DNA of 63,911 bases, the filler included, from Octopus bimaculoides (taxonomy: Eukaryota), in NCBI RefSeq assembly GCF_001194135.2. It is 8 parts of 7 records of this genome, joined end to end, with 100 filler letters (N's around TTAATTAATTAA, not from the genome) between each part and the next. Parts side by side here need not be neighbours in the genome. Positions count along the whole stretch, not along the records: positions 1 to 20,037 come from NC_068998.1; positions 20,138 to 31,396 come from NC_068983.1; 6 more parts are not named here. The stretch is one strand, 5' to 3'. The position numbers and the translations under genes were made by a program. The notes under the pieces were generated by a model. It made no database searches, was not told the origin of the DNA, and worked only from the letters and a program-made list of their open reading frames with translations. Position 1 is the stretch's first letter. Each line of letters begins with the position of its first letter. Positions 13,076 to 25,879 of this stretch are shown here, one piece after another.

Positions 13076-13654
13076 AACATTTTGTCAACTCATGCTCAAA
13101 CTATAGAAGGATATAAGTAGATACTACAATAATGAATATTATCATAATTTCAGTAAACATTGAAAGAGCAGTCAAATATAATTAGCCTGCAATCACAGAT
13201 CCTCCAATAATCAATTTTATTTAATTAACTCATTCTTCCAGCAATCATTTAGACATTATGAATTCTCTTACTTATTCACTTTTAACGTAGTCTTACAAAG
13301 CTTTTCTAAATTGACTAACTGAATAGGCTAACAAAATAGTCTCATGAAATTTGAAGCAGATATAAATTGTGTTATAATTATGCATATCATTCATGATAAT
13401 GATTTCTTACTATGCCATTATATCATAGATTTACAGGTGTGGTATAGTATACTTGATTAAATCAACTAGATATATAATTGATGAAATATAGATTATATCA
13501 ATTCAGTCAGTTTCCTACTGTGACCTCAGTGGTATTTGAACTTGGAATGTCAAGAGCCAGAACAAGTAACATGAAGAACTTTTCTGAAGCTCTGATTATT
13601 TGGCAAGCTCATCACTAACACCACCACCACCACCACCAAGGAGATGGCTAGATG

Positions 13655-14945
13655 ATGACTTCGACCCCAGAGTTCAGCTGGTGCTTATTTTATTGATCCT
13701 AAAATGATGAAAAGTAAAGTTGACCTCAGCAAAATTTAAAGACGGACAAAATGCTGCTGAGCATTTTGTCCAGCATGCTAGCAATTCTGCCAGCTCATCA
13801 CCTTAATGATGATAATTGTAATAATAATCCTTTCTAATAGAGGCACAAGGCCTGAAATTTGCATGGAAGTGGGTAAGTCAATCACATTAACCCCCAGTGC
13901 TCAACTGGTACTTATTTTATCGACCCAGAAAGGATGAGAGGCAAAGTCGCCCCTGGTAGCATTTGAACTCAGAATGTGATGATGGACAAAATGCTAAGCA
14001 TTTTGCCCTGCATGCTAACGATTCTGCCAGCTCACCACTTTAATGATAATAATAATGGTTTCAAATTTTAGTACAAGACCAATAATATTGGTGGGGAGGG
14101 GGTAAGTCGATTACATCAACCCTAGTGCTAAACTGGTACTTATCTTATGTACCCCTAAAGGATGAGAGCCAGAACATAAAGACTGACAAAATGACACTAA
14201 GCATTTTGCCTGGCATGCTAACGATTCTGCCTGGCTTAAAAAATAATAGTAATAATAATAATAGTTTCAAAATTTGTCACAAGAGCAGCAATTTGTGGGG
14301 AGGGATAAGTCAATTACATTGACTCCACTGTTTCACTGGTTCATAATTTATTGACCTTGAAATGATGAAAGGCAAAGTCAACCTCAGCGGAATTTGAGCT
14401 CAAAACATAGCAATGGGTGAAATACCACTAAGCATTTTGTCCAGCGTGCTAATGAATTTGCCAGCTCACCGCTTTAATCATAATAATTATAATGGTTTCA
14501 AATTTTGCCACAAGGGCAACAATTTTGGGGGAGGGGATGAGTTGATTACATCGACCCCAGTGTTCAAATGGTACTTATTTTATTGACCTCGGAAGGATGA
14601 AAGACAAAGTCGACCTCAGCAGAATTAGAACTCAGAACGTAGTGGCAGGCAAAATACCACTAAGAATTCTGTCCAGCATGCTAATGAATCTGCCAGTTCA
14701 CCACATTGATAATAATAATAATAATTCTTCTTATTACAGGCGCAAGGCCTGAAATTTGTGGGTCGGGTGTAAGTTGATCACATCAACCCCAGTACATGAC
14801 TGGTACTTACTTTATCGACCCCAAAAGGATGAAAGGCAAAGTTGACCTCGATAGAATTTGAACTCAGAATTTAGTGACAGGCGAAATACCGCTAGGCATT
14901 TTGTCTAGCACGCTAACGATTCTGCCAGCTCGCTACCTTAATACT
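13655..14945 (-). repeat. Tandem array of six head-to-tail Nin-domain-like SINEs separated by (AAT)n
   Basis: Units at about 13660, 13828, 14055, 14262, 14495 and 14725, each with GGATGAAAGGCAAAGTCGACCTC...TTCTGCCAGCTC variants. Confidence 0.9.
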
Positions 14946-15455
14946 GCTACTACTAATAATAATACCTTGAGATGGTTTAGGACAGTTTTACGTTCTAAAT
15001 TCTTTAGCATTTTTTTCCTTTTTATGTAGCTGAATAAGAGTTCAGTAAACCTTATTATTATGTTTAGCTTTCATGTTTTTGCCTGTATTTTCTCTCAGTT
15101 ATGTAATTCCAAATGCTTGACTCATGTATATACCTTTGTACCAAGTAACCTTTCACAGATCAATAAAATAAAATGCAACTATTTATCCAGCTATAACTGT
15201 CCGGTTATTTATCTTACCACCTGTAAATTTATAAATGTATAGCATGTTTCAATAGCATATTTATTCAAAATACAGGTACAGTTGCATCACATAATTGGTA
15301 ATATTATGTAAGTTTGTATTTTTACAAATTGCAATTTCTTCAAGTGATTCACCAACAAATATTTTAGTGACAATTCTATGAAGAAAGCTGAGATTTACAG
15401 AAAAACCTAACAAATGAGAAGAATTCATCAGTGGATGAAAATATTTAAGCCAGCA

Positions 15456-15583
15456 ATTATTATTATCAATGTGGTGAACTGGCAGATTCATTAGCATGCT
15501 GGACGGAATTCTTAGTGGTATTTTGCCTGCCACTACGTTCTGAGTTCTAATTCTGCTGAGGTCGACTTTGTCTTTCATCCTTC
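15456..15583 (+). mobile_element. 3'-truncated SINE copy, near-identical inverted duplicate of 14592-14719
   Basis: Base-by-base comparison gives 127/128 identity. Confidence 0.9.
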
Positions 15584-16429
15584 TTGATTTCATGGTCAGC
15601 CAAGTTAATGTATGCATTCTTTGAAAGGCAGAGAGTGTCTATTTTAGTTCCTTATCTAAGCAGGAGTTAATGACTGTTAGGGAATTTTTTTGCCAGTATC
15701 AACAAAACCAGCAAGTTACCCTGAAACAAGGTTTTCAAAATCTGGAGTCACAATAAGATATTAGCATATCTAACCTTATGGTAATATATATGAAAGATAA
15801 TGCTTTACTTAAATTGATGTGTGGACAAGAGCATGTATGCTTAAGTGCACCTGCACTATAAATCTCTACATGGAGTTGTCACATGTTGCTAAAATATATG
15901 GTGGTGTATGACTTGAAAATATTCAGCAGTGTATCACCTCAAGATATGGCAGCTTAAGAAGATACAAACTTACATAATGTTGTTACCTTTTAAGTTATCC
16001 ATCTATATTCATATTTTGAAGAAATTTGTTATGGAAACATGTAGAGATAACCTGAAATATCAGTTTGTTTTAGTCTTGTTTACTAGATGCATGTGTGTGT
16101 GTGTGTGTATAAAAATGCACACACATATACACATTCATATGCTTAGCACATAGGTGCAAAACAAGGCGGAGAATATAGTTTTCAAATGCCAAAGGTAGAA
16201 TAAAATGTAGTGTTTTTATTAAAGCTAAAAATCCCTGTAACCAATCATCAGACAAGTGAAATTTTCAAACAATACATTTTATGAAACATTTATAGACACA
16301 GCATAACTATCTGTGATGTTTTTCAGCTCTAAAAACACAATACATGAGCGCACGCATACACAGACTTGTTCACACATGTACTTATCTCTCTCTCTCTCTC
16401 TCTCTGTATGCATGTGTGTACATACATGT

Positions 16430-16467
<38 letters not shown>

Positions 16468-17654
16468 TCAGTTTAGGAGAAACAGTGAGAAATGGATCTT
16501 AATACTCTGCATGTATAGTCTTAGAAAAAAATTAAAGTAAAATCGGAATATCTCAGTGTGTCTCACTGTATTTCTTTTCAATTAAATTGACAAGTGTTAT
16601 GATGTCAAAGGGATTTGGACAATGTTAGTAAACTGCAATACTTATATTTCTGTTACTGACAAGAGGAGCTTAACAAGTGAGATGTGTGAAAGTTTTACAT
16701 TCAGCCACCTTTTATACAAATGCAATAGAATTTATCTCTTTCTATTGCCAACTTCTGGCATTGTAAGCATCAGCAAACTGTTTAGTAGCACTGTATCACT
16801 GACTGCATCTAACCATATTATATATCTGTTATATTTTTCAATTTTTCTCAGCAAAGATGGAACAAATGGTATTTTAAAAAGATATCTCAGTTATTCAAAT
16901 TTTATGAATGCAAAATGAGAAGTAAAAATAATTATGATTTTGACAGAAGAACTGGGAAGTAAACTCTGTGACTTGTGTCCAAAATTTAAATTGGTTCTCT
17001 TTGAAAAATATCATCATGTCTCTCTTCACATGAAATCAACTTGCAGAATAACAATCTAGGGTTGAGATTTGTGTGATGCTCAATCATTCTGTCAGATTTA
17101 ATCTTTGCGTGCACGAATTGTTGAGCCTAGTGTGTCATTCCATGAAAACGTCCCTTCAAACATATTTATAAGATCGAGCTTCAAATTATTATTGCTTGGT
17201 TTGAAAATTGAAAGCAATTGAACAAAGTGCAGTTGCACAAAATACCACTTGGCAAACAAAAATCATGCAAATTGGAACTTACGGGGAAAGGATGGAGTAA
17301 GGTTAATCACTGGGAAGTCTTTTAACCCAGAAATTGCATGCCATGATTGTGATAAATTATATAAAAGGGATTGGGTGGTAGAAATGATAAATGGGTTATT
17401 GTTTGGCTTGGCAGAGAGGATACAGGTGAAAGATTAATATATAGTTATATTGGCTTGACCACTATTTTCAGTATTTTAACTGGCTATTGGTCAGTAATGG
17501 TGGTTTTCTGGATAGATATTTATCACTTCTGATTCAATGTTTTGTATTGCTTAATAAGAAATATATTTTAAAAGTTTGGAATACTGTAATATTTCACCTT
17601 AGTGCCACGAAATGTCAGTGAACACAATATGTTAAACATACATACGCCTTACTA

Positions 17655-17697
<43 letters not shown>

Positions 17698-18059
17698 TAC
17701 AGACCTACTGCACATAAATGCCACACACACATAAATACATGTACACATGCATTTTACACATTCATGTCAAAAAGGGAGAGACAGCAGCCAAATTTCTCTG
17801 AAATCATATCTGACAACATTCATACAAAAAGAAAATGGTAAAAATATAATGTTGTTCTTGATGCCTCTAAAAGATGGACTGCTTACAGATGGAATGTTTT
17901 TGATCATATGGGGGCTCAAAGGATGTTGATTTCAGAGCTTAACAATAACAACAACAGCAAAGACAACTTTCACGCACACACACACATCCCATTGTCAAAT
18001 ATGTGCACATATACAACATATTATAAAGATACTCATCAAAAGAGCTAAAGAGGAGACAT

Positions 18060-18250
18060 CTTTGTGGTCACCCACCTTGCTAGAAATAGCAACTTAATCT
18101 TCCTCAAATCACATATTACCTGTCTTACATAAGTTCAAAATACATTGGGGAATGTAGTCTTAGATATTTCTGAAAAGATGGGTTGGTCCAAGTTAACATG
18201 CTGTGATGAAAGGTTTGCTTGATCAGGGCAGACATGGGGCTAAGCAATAC
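18060..18250 (+). repeat. Dispersed SINE-like repeat 3' part (related copies at ~8410-8560 and ~30820-30965)
   Basis: GCTAGAAATAGC...CCTCAAATC...GGGCAGACATGGGGCTAAG shared motifs. Confidence 0.5.
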
Positions 18251-18544
18251 ATGTCATGGCATAAATATTCATCACAAAACTCCTACAAACATACATGTTA
18301 CATGTGCATTTGTATCTCATGCATTTAACAAGCAAACACACATATAGATTTTACACATCAACACATGCATCATTTACACATGCAAACACATACATCTCTT
18401 TCAGACATATTTGTTAAGCATTCACATACACACACATGCATGCATGCACACACACACGCACACACATATGCACACACAAATGCATAACTTATACATACCT
18501 CACACACATATACACTGGCACGTGCATACATCACTTATCTTTTA

Positions 18545-18900
18545 TCTTTTACTTGTTTCAATAATTTGACTGTGGCCATGCCTTAAAAGGTTTTACTCAA
18601 ACAAATTGACACCAGGACTTATTTCATTTTAGACCTAGTACTTATTCTATCAGTGTTTTTTTGCCAAATCACTAAGTTACAGGAATGGAGGACAAAAACA
18701 GACACAAACAGGCACACATAGATATAGATACAAACATATATATATGATGAGCTTCTTTCAGTTTCCATCTACCAAATCCACTCACGGTTGGCCCAAGACT
18801 ATAGTAGAAGATATTTACCCAAAGTGCCATGCAGTAGTACTGAACCCAGAACCATGTGGCTGGGAAGCAAGCTTCTCACCACACAGCCACAACTGCACTT
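18545..18900 (-). mobile_element. Meta/MESC-like tRNA-SINE
   Basis: CTTTCAGTTTCCATCTACCAAATCCACTCAC...AAGCTTCTCACCACACAGCCAC. Confidence 0.8.
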
Positions 18901-19294
18901 ATTTCACACAGAATGTCTAAGTCAACCTGAAGCTACAGCTAAAATACCTAAAATACCTAAAATACCTAAAATACCACACAGTGTGATCAAACCTGAAACC
19001 AATGTGGTTGCAGAGCAACTTTTTAATCATGTCCTTCTGTGTCAATATTATCATATTCACTACTTTCCTGTAAATTTATCTGGTTTGCTTCAGCCAGTGA
19101 GGTAATTAAGATGAATATAATTCATTGTAATCCATGTAATTTTTCCAAATTACTTGTATGTACACCTGGATTAGCAGTAACTTAAATGAAAATTTAACCA
19201 CAAATATTTTGAGAAACTGACAGGACATCAAAGGTGTGTACACAAGAGATGACTATGTTGGTATGAACTGGTGAGTGGTAAATATGTAGTATAC

Positions 19295-19500
19295 ATTAAG
19301 GTGGCAAACTGGCAAAATCATTAGTATGGTGGGCAAAACGTTTAGCAGCATTTCATCCATCCTTTTGTTCTAAGTTCAAATTCTGTCAAGGTCAACTTTG
19401 CCTTACATCCTTTCGGGGTCAATAAAATAAGTACCAGTTGAGCATTGTGGTTAAAATAATTGACTTCACTTGAACTTGCTGGCTTTGTGCCAAAATTTGA
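19295..19500 (+). mobile_element. Nin-domain-like SINE
   Basis: GGTGGCAAACTGGCAAAATC head; CATCCTTTCGGGGTCAATAAAATAAGTACCAG core. Confidence 0.8.
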
Positions 19501-20208
19501 AAAAGGTATCTAGTATACATTAAAATAGGGTGGACATTTAATTATAGTTACACCTAATTAGACCAGGCTATAGTAGAAGATACTTGACACAATGATGTAC
19601 ATTTTTTTTTAGCAAGTTGCTAGAGATGCCCCAGCGTTAAATATTAGATGTGTTGTGAGCCATTACTGAAATGTATGTGAGATTTTTGTGAACCAAGAAA
19701 CTCTAGACTTATGCAGTTTGCTAAAATTAGAGAAGATTTAAGCTACTCAAAAAAATGACATAGCATGAGGAAGTATTTGTGCCCTGGAAATATCCAAATT
19801 TAAAATAACATAAAAAATTGGATTTTAAGTTTTCGTTGTAACTACTGGTGGTGATGTTGATGATGACATTTCTGGTTCTGAATTGTTAATAGAAATAACC
19901 AATGGTTTTTAGATACGTTAATAGAAATAACCAATGGTTTTTAGATACGTTAATACTATGTCACAATTTTCTTACCAGGTATGGCAAGCTTCTTATCAAA
20001 TTTTCTGCAGACTCATCTTGTGACATATACATATGTANNNNNNNNNNNNNNNNNNNNNNNNNNNNNNNNNNNNNNNNNNNNTTAATTAATTAANNNNNNN
20101 NNNNNNNNNNNNNNNNNNNNNNNNNNNNNNNNNNNNNATAACAAGAGAACTGCTGTGACTAGTGGCAGCAGCAGCAGAAGCAGCAGCAGCAGAAGCAGCA
20201 GCAGCAGA

Positions 20209-20284
<76 letters not shown>

Positions 20285-20431
20285 CTGGTGGGGGAGGAGG
20301 AGGACAGTTGACGTCTGTGACAATGGCATTGACAAACAAACTCAATCCAAGCAAGAACAATATTGTGGAAGTCAGATTCTGTAGGAAGATCGGGAGATGG
20401 TATGGACGTTTGAGAGAGAGTAAGAGAGAGA

Positions 20432-20485
<54 letters not shown>

Positions 20486-20756
20486 CCAAAAGAGCTGGAG
20501 TTACCTAAGCAGCTGTTTCTGCAACAAGAAGTCATTGCACACAGTGCCGAGAGCCCATGCAACATGTTATAGCTTCCTCGGAGAGTCATTTATGCAACAT
20601 TACTTTTCGAGCAATGCTTCCCATAGCAGAAACGAAACAGCTGTAAGGTAATGAAGGGGATTATTTAACTCTTGTTCTTTTGTCAATCATTAATTCATCT
20701 CATGCTGTGTAATCAGCAGATCCTTTACTCTAAATCATAAATATATTGAGGTCTAA

Positions 20757-20802
20757 CAGCTGAGACACGTGTTTCTACCTCACTGTACGTCATCAGCACA
20801 GC
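20757..20802 (-). ncRNA. Possible degenerate type-I hammerhead ribozyme (alternatively an E-box/CRE cluster)
   Basis: Minus strand reads GCTGTG-CTGATGA-CGTACAGTGAGGTA-GAAAC-ACGT-GTC-TCAGC; helix III is the palindrome ACACGTGT; helix II is weak. Confidence 0.35.
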
Positions 20803-21439
20803 AGTTACTCTATTTTGACTCGAGCAGGAATAAGACGTGATTATGTACAAGAAAAAGAAGGCATTTATAGAGAAGGTTAATTTACATAAGTATAACATAA
20901 ATAATTTGAAAGAAATAACTTAAATGCTTCTGACGTACACACTATTTATGTATGCATTTGCAGAGAGATAGAGGGTGAGAAAAACAACGAATTGTTAATG
21001 GGTTAGCTACAAGGGTCAGCAATATGGTTGATATAGATCTANNNNNNNNNNNNNNNNNNNNNNNNNNNNNNNNNNNNNNNNNCCACCGAAAGAACATCTT
21101 GCACACTGGAATACAATATAATGTTGTAAGTTGAAAAACCTTCTATTGATTGAGAGAAGAAAAGCATTTAGTAGAGAAATAACTTCGTTATGGAGGTGTT
21201 TTTAAATTAAAATGAGACAACGAAAGGAGATAAAATCAGTTGTTAGAGATATTTAGAAAATGACGTCAGAAGTGAATTGTAGCTTTAAAACCAAGTTGTG
21301 ACAGTAACGGGAGCGTTTACACCTTATTAGACCTCCTTAGCGAAATATTCTACTCTGCTCTCAATACAAATACCCAGTCTTCTTTTCTTTCTCTTCCTAC
21401 TTCTCTTTCTTCTTCTTCTCCTCTTCCTCCTCCTCATCC

Positions 21440-22230
21440 TTCTTCTGATGTCGGGCACGATGACTAACGCACCATTAATCCCGTTCAGCGCAGCATTTCT
21501 GGGATGCTGGTTAATCATTGATGGTCTTTACTCCTCAAGACTCGCAAATGAACCAGAAAAGACATATACGAACATGAGGGGCCTGTGTGTTGATTCTGCA
21601 TGTATATTTTACAGCAACACTCTAATTTCAAAATGAAAGTATGACAAAATGTGGAGGGAATACAACTCGGATCTATAACTACCGCTGAATACCCAACAGG
21701 TTAGCTAACTTAAGAAAATACATTCTCAAACAGAAAATACCAGAAATTGAAATATGAGATTCAAAGGCAAGAATTTATTACGAAAAACAAAGGTGACAAA
21801 CTCAAACAATTAATAATTATAAAAACATTGATAATATAAACCACAAAGAAGTAACCGGCGTAAAAAAAAAATATATAGTAAATATCAAAACACAACACAT
21901 CGAAACCTTTGAATGTCTTCATAATACTGACCGAGGAAATCTGACTCAGAAGAACACAAACAAGAATATAAATGAAAGAGAGCGCGGCGAAGATACTGGA
22001 AATATTTTCAAAGTGACTAAGAATCGATATTGCTGTGGAGCAAAGAAAGTGTCTCTGAAGGAGAGAAAAAAAGAGAAGAAATTGCAACAATAACTACAAC
22101 AATGGGAGATTTAATCAAAACAAATACATCCATCAATATCACCAGTTTAAGTAAAATAATAGATGAAGTAGTCGTCGTAGTTGAATGGAAAGTGGGTTCT
22201 TCGACTGATGCGCTAAAATAGGGATATTAA
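21440..22230 (+). mobile_element. Dong/R4 (R2-superfamily) LINE N-terminal remnant
   Basis: Frameshifted KYDKMWREYNSDL...RKYILKQKIPEIEI resembles R4/Dong N-terminal WRxxNP...RRYILK. Confidence 0.5.
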
Positions 22231-22293
22231 AGATGTTGTGAAGGGAAAGAAACAATTATTCTCCCTCTCTCTCTCTCTCTCTCNNNNNNNNNN

Positions 22294-22330
<37 letters not shown>

Positions 22331-22479
22331 TTCTCCCTTTCTCTCTCTCTGGCTGTTCATTCTTAGCCAAGAAAGACTACATCCATAACCTTGATAGCAC
22401 TGGAAGTTATAGCTCTGTCATGAAACACCAAGAGAAGTGAGGCAAATATAGGCAGGGACCAGTAGCGGTTTTTAAGAAT

Positions 22480-22790
22480 GGCACAGCGACCATAGTCTGG
22501 GATATACCAATACACACAGACAAAGGTGAGAAGATTAATAGACCAGATATTGGTCTCAAGGACCACCAGGAAAAGAAATGTCCGCTAACCGAGAGATCAG
22601 TCCTAACAGATAATTTAGCTCAAAAGGAAATGGAGAAATTATCAAAATATATAGATCTGGAAATAGAGATAACCCGAATCTAGTGGCCAGAAACAGAAAT
22701 AATCTCTTCGGGAATGATTTAATAAATGTACAGATAAATACGTAATTAAAAACCTCCAACAGACGCATAACATAGAGAGAGAAAATAGTT
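22480..22790 (+). mobile_element. Dong/R4 LINE restriction-like endonuclease remnant
   Basis: WDIPIHTDKGEKINRPDIGLKDHQEKKC...KEMEKLSKYIDLEIEITRI (PD-(D/E)xK RLE motif). Confidence 0.85.
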
Positions 22791-23155
22791 CTAGGCTAGT
22801 ATTAGTAGGCAGTGAGAGAAAAGAGCACGCCTAGACACGGCCCTCTTTTTATGTAGGGTACTTTTAATTCAGTAAAGACAACAAAACAGAAGCGAAACAC
22901 TGGACATACCCAAAGCACACACACACACTCGCACGCACACGCATATACACATATAGTCTCTCGCTCACATACATACACATATGCACATATACAGACACAT
23001 ATGCATATATAGTGCCCGGTTATACATACACACAAAAGCATACACATATACACTAACAAATCCACACACACACGTTCATACATAGGTACACATATAGTCT
23101 CTCTCACACACACGCACACATATCGTGCCACACATACAGGGACAGGCTGAGATAG

Positions 23156-23191
<36 letters not shown>

Positions 23192-24269
23192 CCACACACA
23201 CACACACACAGCCACACAAAAACACACACACGCACACACACACACTTGCCGTACCTTACAAAAGATTTACCAAACAGTAAAGTTTCTCCATTATTTAAGT
23301 TGTCTAGAATGATCGATCTGCTGTTCCAGTATTTGATTACAAATGTTTAGAAGAAGCGGGGNNNNNNNNNNNNNNNNNNNNNNNNNNNNNNNNNNNNNNN
23401 NNNNNNNNTCCGCAATAAATGTTGAATACAAAGAACGAAACTATTGACTTTATCATGTTTAGAGATTTAACAACATTCACAACATCACCGACGTCGCCTT
23501 CTTTCGCCGTCGCCGTCATCATCATCATTATCACCATAATCATCATCACGAGAGATAAGTCTCTGGATAAGGGTACTAGTTAATCTAGGTGTGGGGAAAC
23601 CCCCGCGAGCCCATTTTATGGCACCCGCAGGCTGGTATATTCGTATGTACAAAATATAATAATTTTTTCAATTACAAAATTTATACAACACTCGAATGCC
23701 TCTTTGGGACATAAGTCGTGTTTCCACTGCAACTTAAAATGGTTGTCTTGAACAGAAACTCGTACAGAAATTGTTCCATTTGAATGGAAATTTTGTTTTC
23801 ACTACAAAACCCATATTGCTAGGTTTGTACCATCCCTTTGAGACCCAACTACACTCAAGCTGAAAAATAAAGAATACCTCATTAGTAATATGATAAATGT
23901 CCTAAATCCAGTGGCGGCGTCAATGAAGATGTTATGGGTTAATTTATCTTTATTAATGTATATCGAATTATACATAGATATATACAGGATTTACATAGAT
24001 ATAAGAGTTAGAACTTTTGATGTGCGTGTGGAGCTTTTTCTTAGGAAATTTTTTCCCGCCGCACTAAAAAGTTTCCCCACACAGTTGCCATACCAAAGTA
24101 GCGGTGATGATGAAGACGATCATGATGATCATGATGATGGCGATGATGACGACGAGGAGGAGGAGGAAGCGGAGAAGAAAGAGGTGGAGGTGGGGATGAT
24201 GAGGATGATGACGACAACGACGATGATGATGATGATAATGGAGGTCGCAAAATGTGACATCTAAGAGCG

Positions 24270-24420
24270 ACAATTGTACGTGTGATCTTCGGAGATTTGG
24301 AGACAATACCAAAAGACACCCTTAAATACCCTAGTCAAATACCAAGAAACCCCAAAATATCAGAACTACAAAAAAAAAAAAAGTGTTTTCATGGGCACAG
24401 CCCACATCCCACGAGAGAAT
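24270..24420 (+). mobile_element. Dong/R4 LINE extreme C-terminus
   Basis: IFGDLETIPKDTLKYPSQIPRNPKISELQK resembles IIGALGTIPK...IPGNPxIxEIQK. Confidence 0.7.
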
Positions 24421-24629
24421 TTGAATATTTAAAAGTTTTTTCAAGATGGAAAACATTAGAAGTTTTTAACAGAATCCTAATTATCAGCATTTGGTCCCTT
24501 CCCCTATAATATACCATTGCTGCTCATAAATAATACTCAAGGCCAACTGTTTTGAGGGGAGGGGCATAGTGGACTACAGGGATCCAAGTGATCAACTGAT
24601 ACTTTATTTTATCCCTTCCAAAAGGAAAA

Positions 24630-25480
24630 AAAGTACCACCGCTACTACTACTGCTACTACTACCGCCGCTACTATTACTACTACAACTGCTACAACTGCT
24701 ACTGCTACTACTGCTGCTACTACCATTGCCTCCACCGTTGCAACCACAACGATTATATTTCCATCATTACCACAACCAACACCAATACTACCTCCGTCAC
24801 TGCTACGTTTGCCACCACAAACACCATCACTTGTACTACTACTTCAACTACCGTCACCAACACCATTTACTGCAGCCAAAGAGCATTCCAACACTACCAC
24901 CTATACCATCACCTTCATCAACACCACTACCATCCCTACTACTACTACCGTTACCACTGCTACCACTACCGCCATCTACATTGCCACTGACATGGTCTCC
25001 ACCACCACAACCACCCACATCATCATCATCATCATTATCATCACCACCATCACCACCATAACTAATGTTGTAACTACGATTTTACCACCACCACAACCAC
25101 CACGACCGGCGGCGGCCCCACCACCACTTACTATCTCCCCCACCAGTACCACTGTCTCCGCTATTCTCACCACCGCCACCATCAGCATCAGCATCACCGC
25201 CATAGTGTACCACAGCCCTGACCGGTGACGATCGCTGACCACAAAGCAGCAACTGACTCAACAACAGTATCGGTTACAGCAATTAAAAAGGAGCGGCAGA
25301 GGGTGGCGACGGCGGAGGCGGCGGAGGCGGCGGAGGCGGCGGAGGCGGCGGAGGCGGCGGAGGCGGCGGCGGTTAGTAGGACTCTTGGAACATCACGCTT
25401 GGAGCTGATGATGACGATGATGATGACGACGACGATGATGATGATGATGAAGTTGTTGCTGATGCTCCTGCAAATGTAAG
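24630..25480. repeat. Compound trinucleotide low-complexity tract (CTA/CAC/CAT/GGC/GAT)
   Basis: Directly visible; source of spurious Thr/Pro/Ala-rich ORFs. Confidence 0.95.
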
Positions 25481-25879
25481 GTTGTGTACATGCGTACATA
25501 CATACAAACATCGATGCATGCAACGTACATATATACATAACATACATACATACATACATACNNNNNNNNNNAGGCGGCGGAGGCGGCGGAGGCGGCGGAG
25601 GCGGCGGCGGTTAGTAGGACTCTTGGAACATCACGCTTGGAGCTGATGATGACGATGATGATGACGACGACGATGATGATGATGATGAAGTTGTTGCTGA
25701 TGCTCCTGCAAATGTAAGGTTGTGTACATGCGTACATACATACAAACATCGATGCATGCAACGTACATATATACATAACATACATACATACATACATACA
25801 TACATACATACATACATACATGTTCCTTCCGTTTTTTGTTTTGTTTTTTTTTTCTCTCTTTATTAGAATTCCTGTATGA

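Noticed and set aside
13655-14945. CRISPR-like or satellite interpretation of the array
   Set aside because: The units are diverged SINEs also found dispersed; eukaryotic context, no unique spacers or cas genes
20082-20093. TTAATTAATTAA islands between N runs (also at 31441, 42295, 46415, 54583, 60058, 62293)
   Set aside because: An identical 12-mer with stops in all six frames, always inside gaps: an assembly spacer, not biology
24569-25228. 219-aa mucin-like Thr/Pro ORF
   Set aside because: Derived from trinucleotide repeats; begins in a SINE fragment; no domain or splice support
25342-25800. Exact ~220-bp direct repeat
   Set aside because: The copies flank a 10-N gap; unmerged contig overlap
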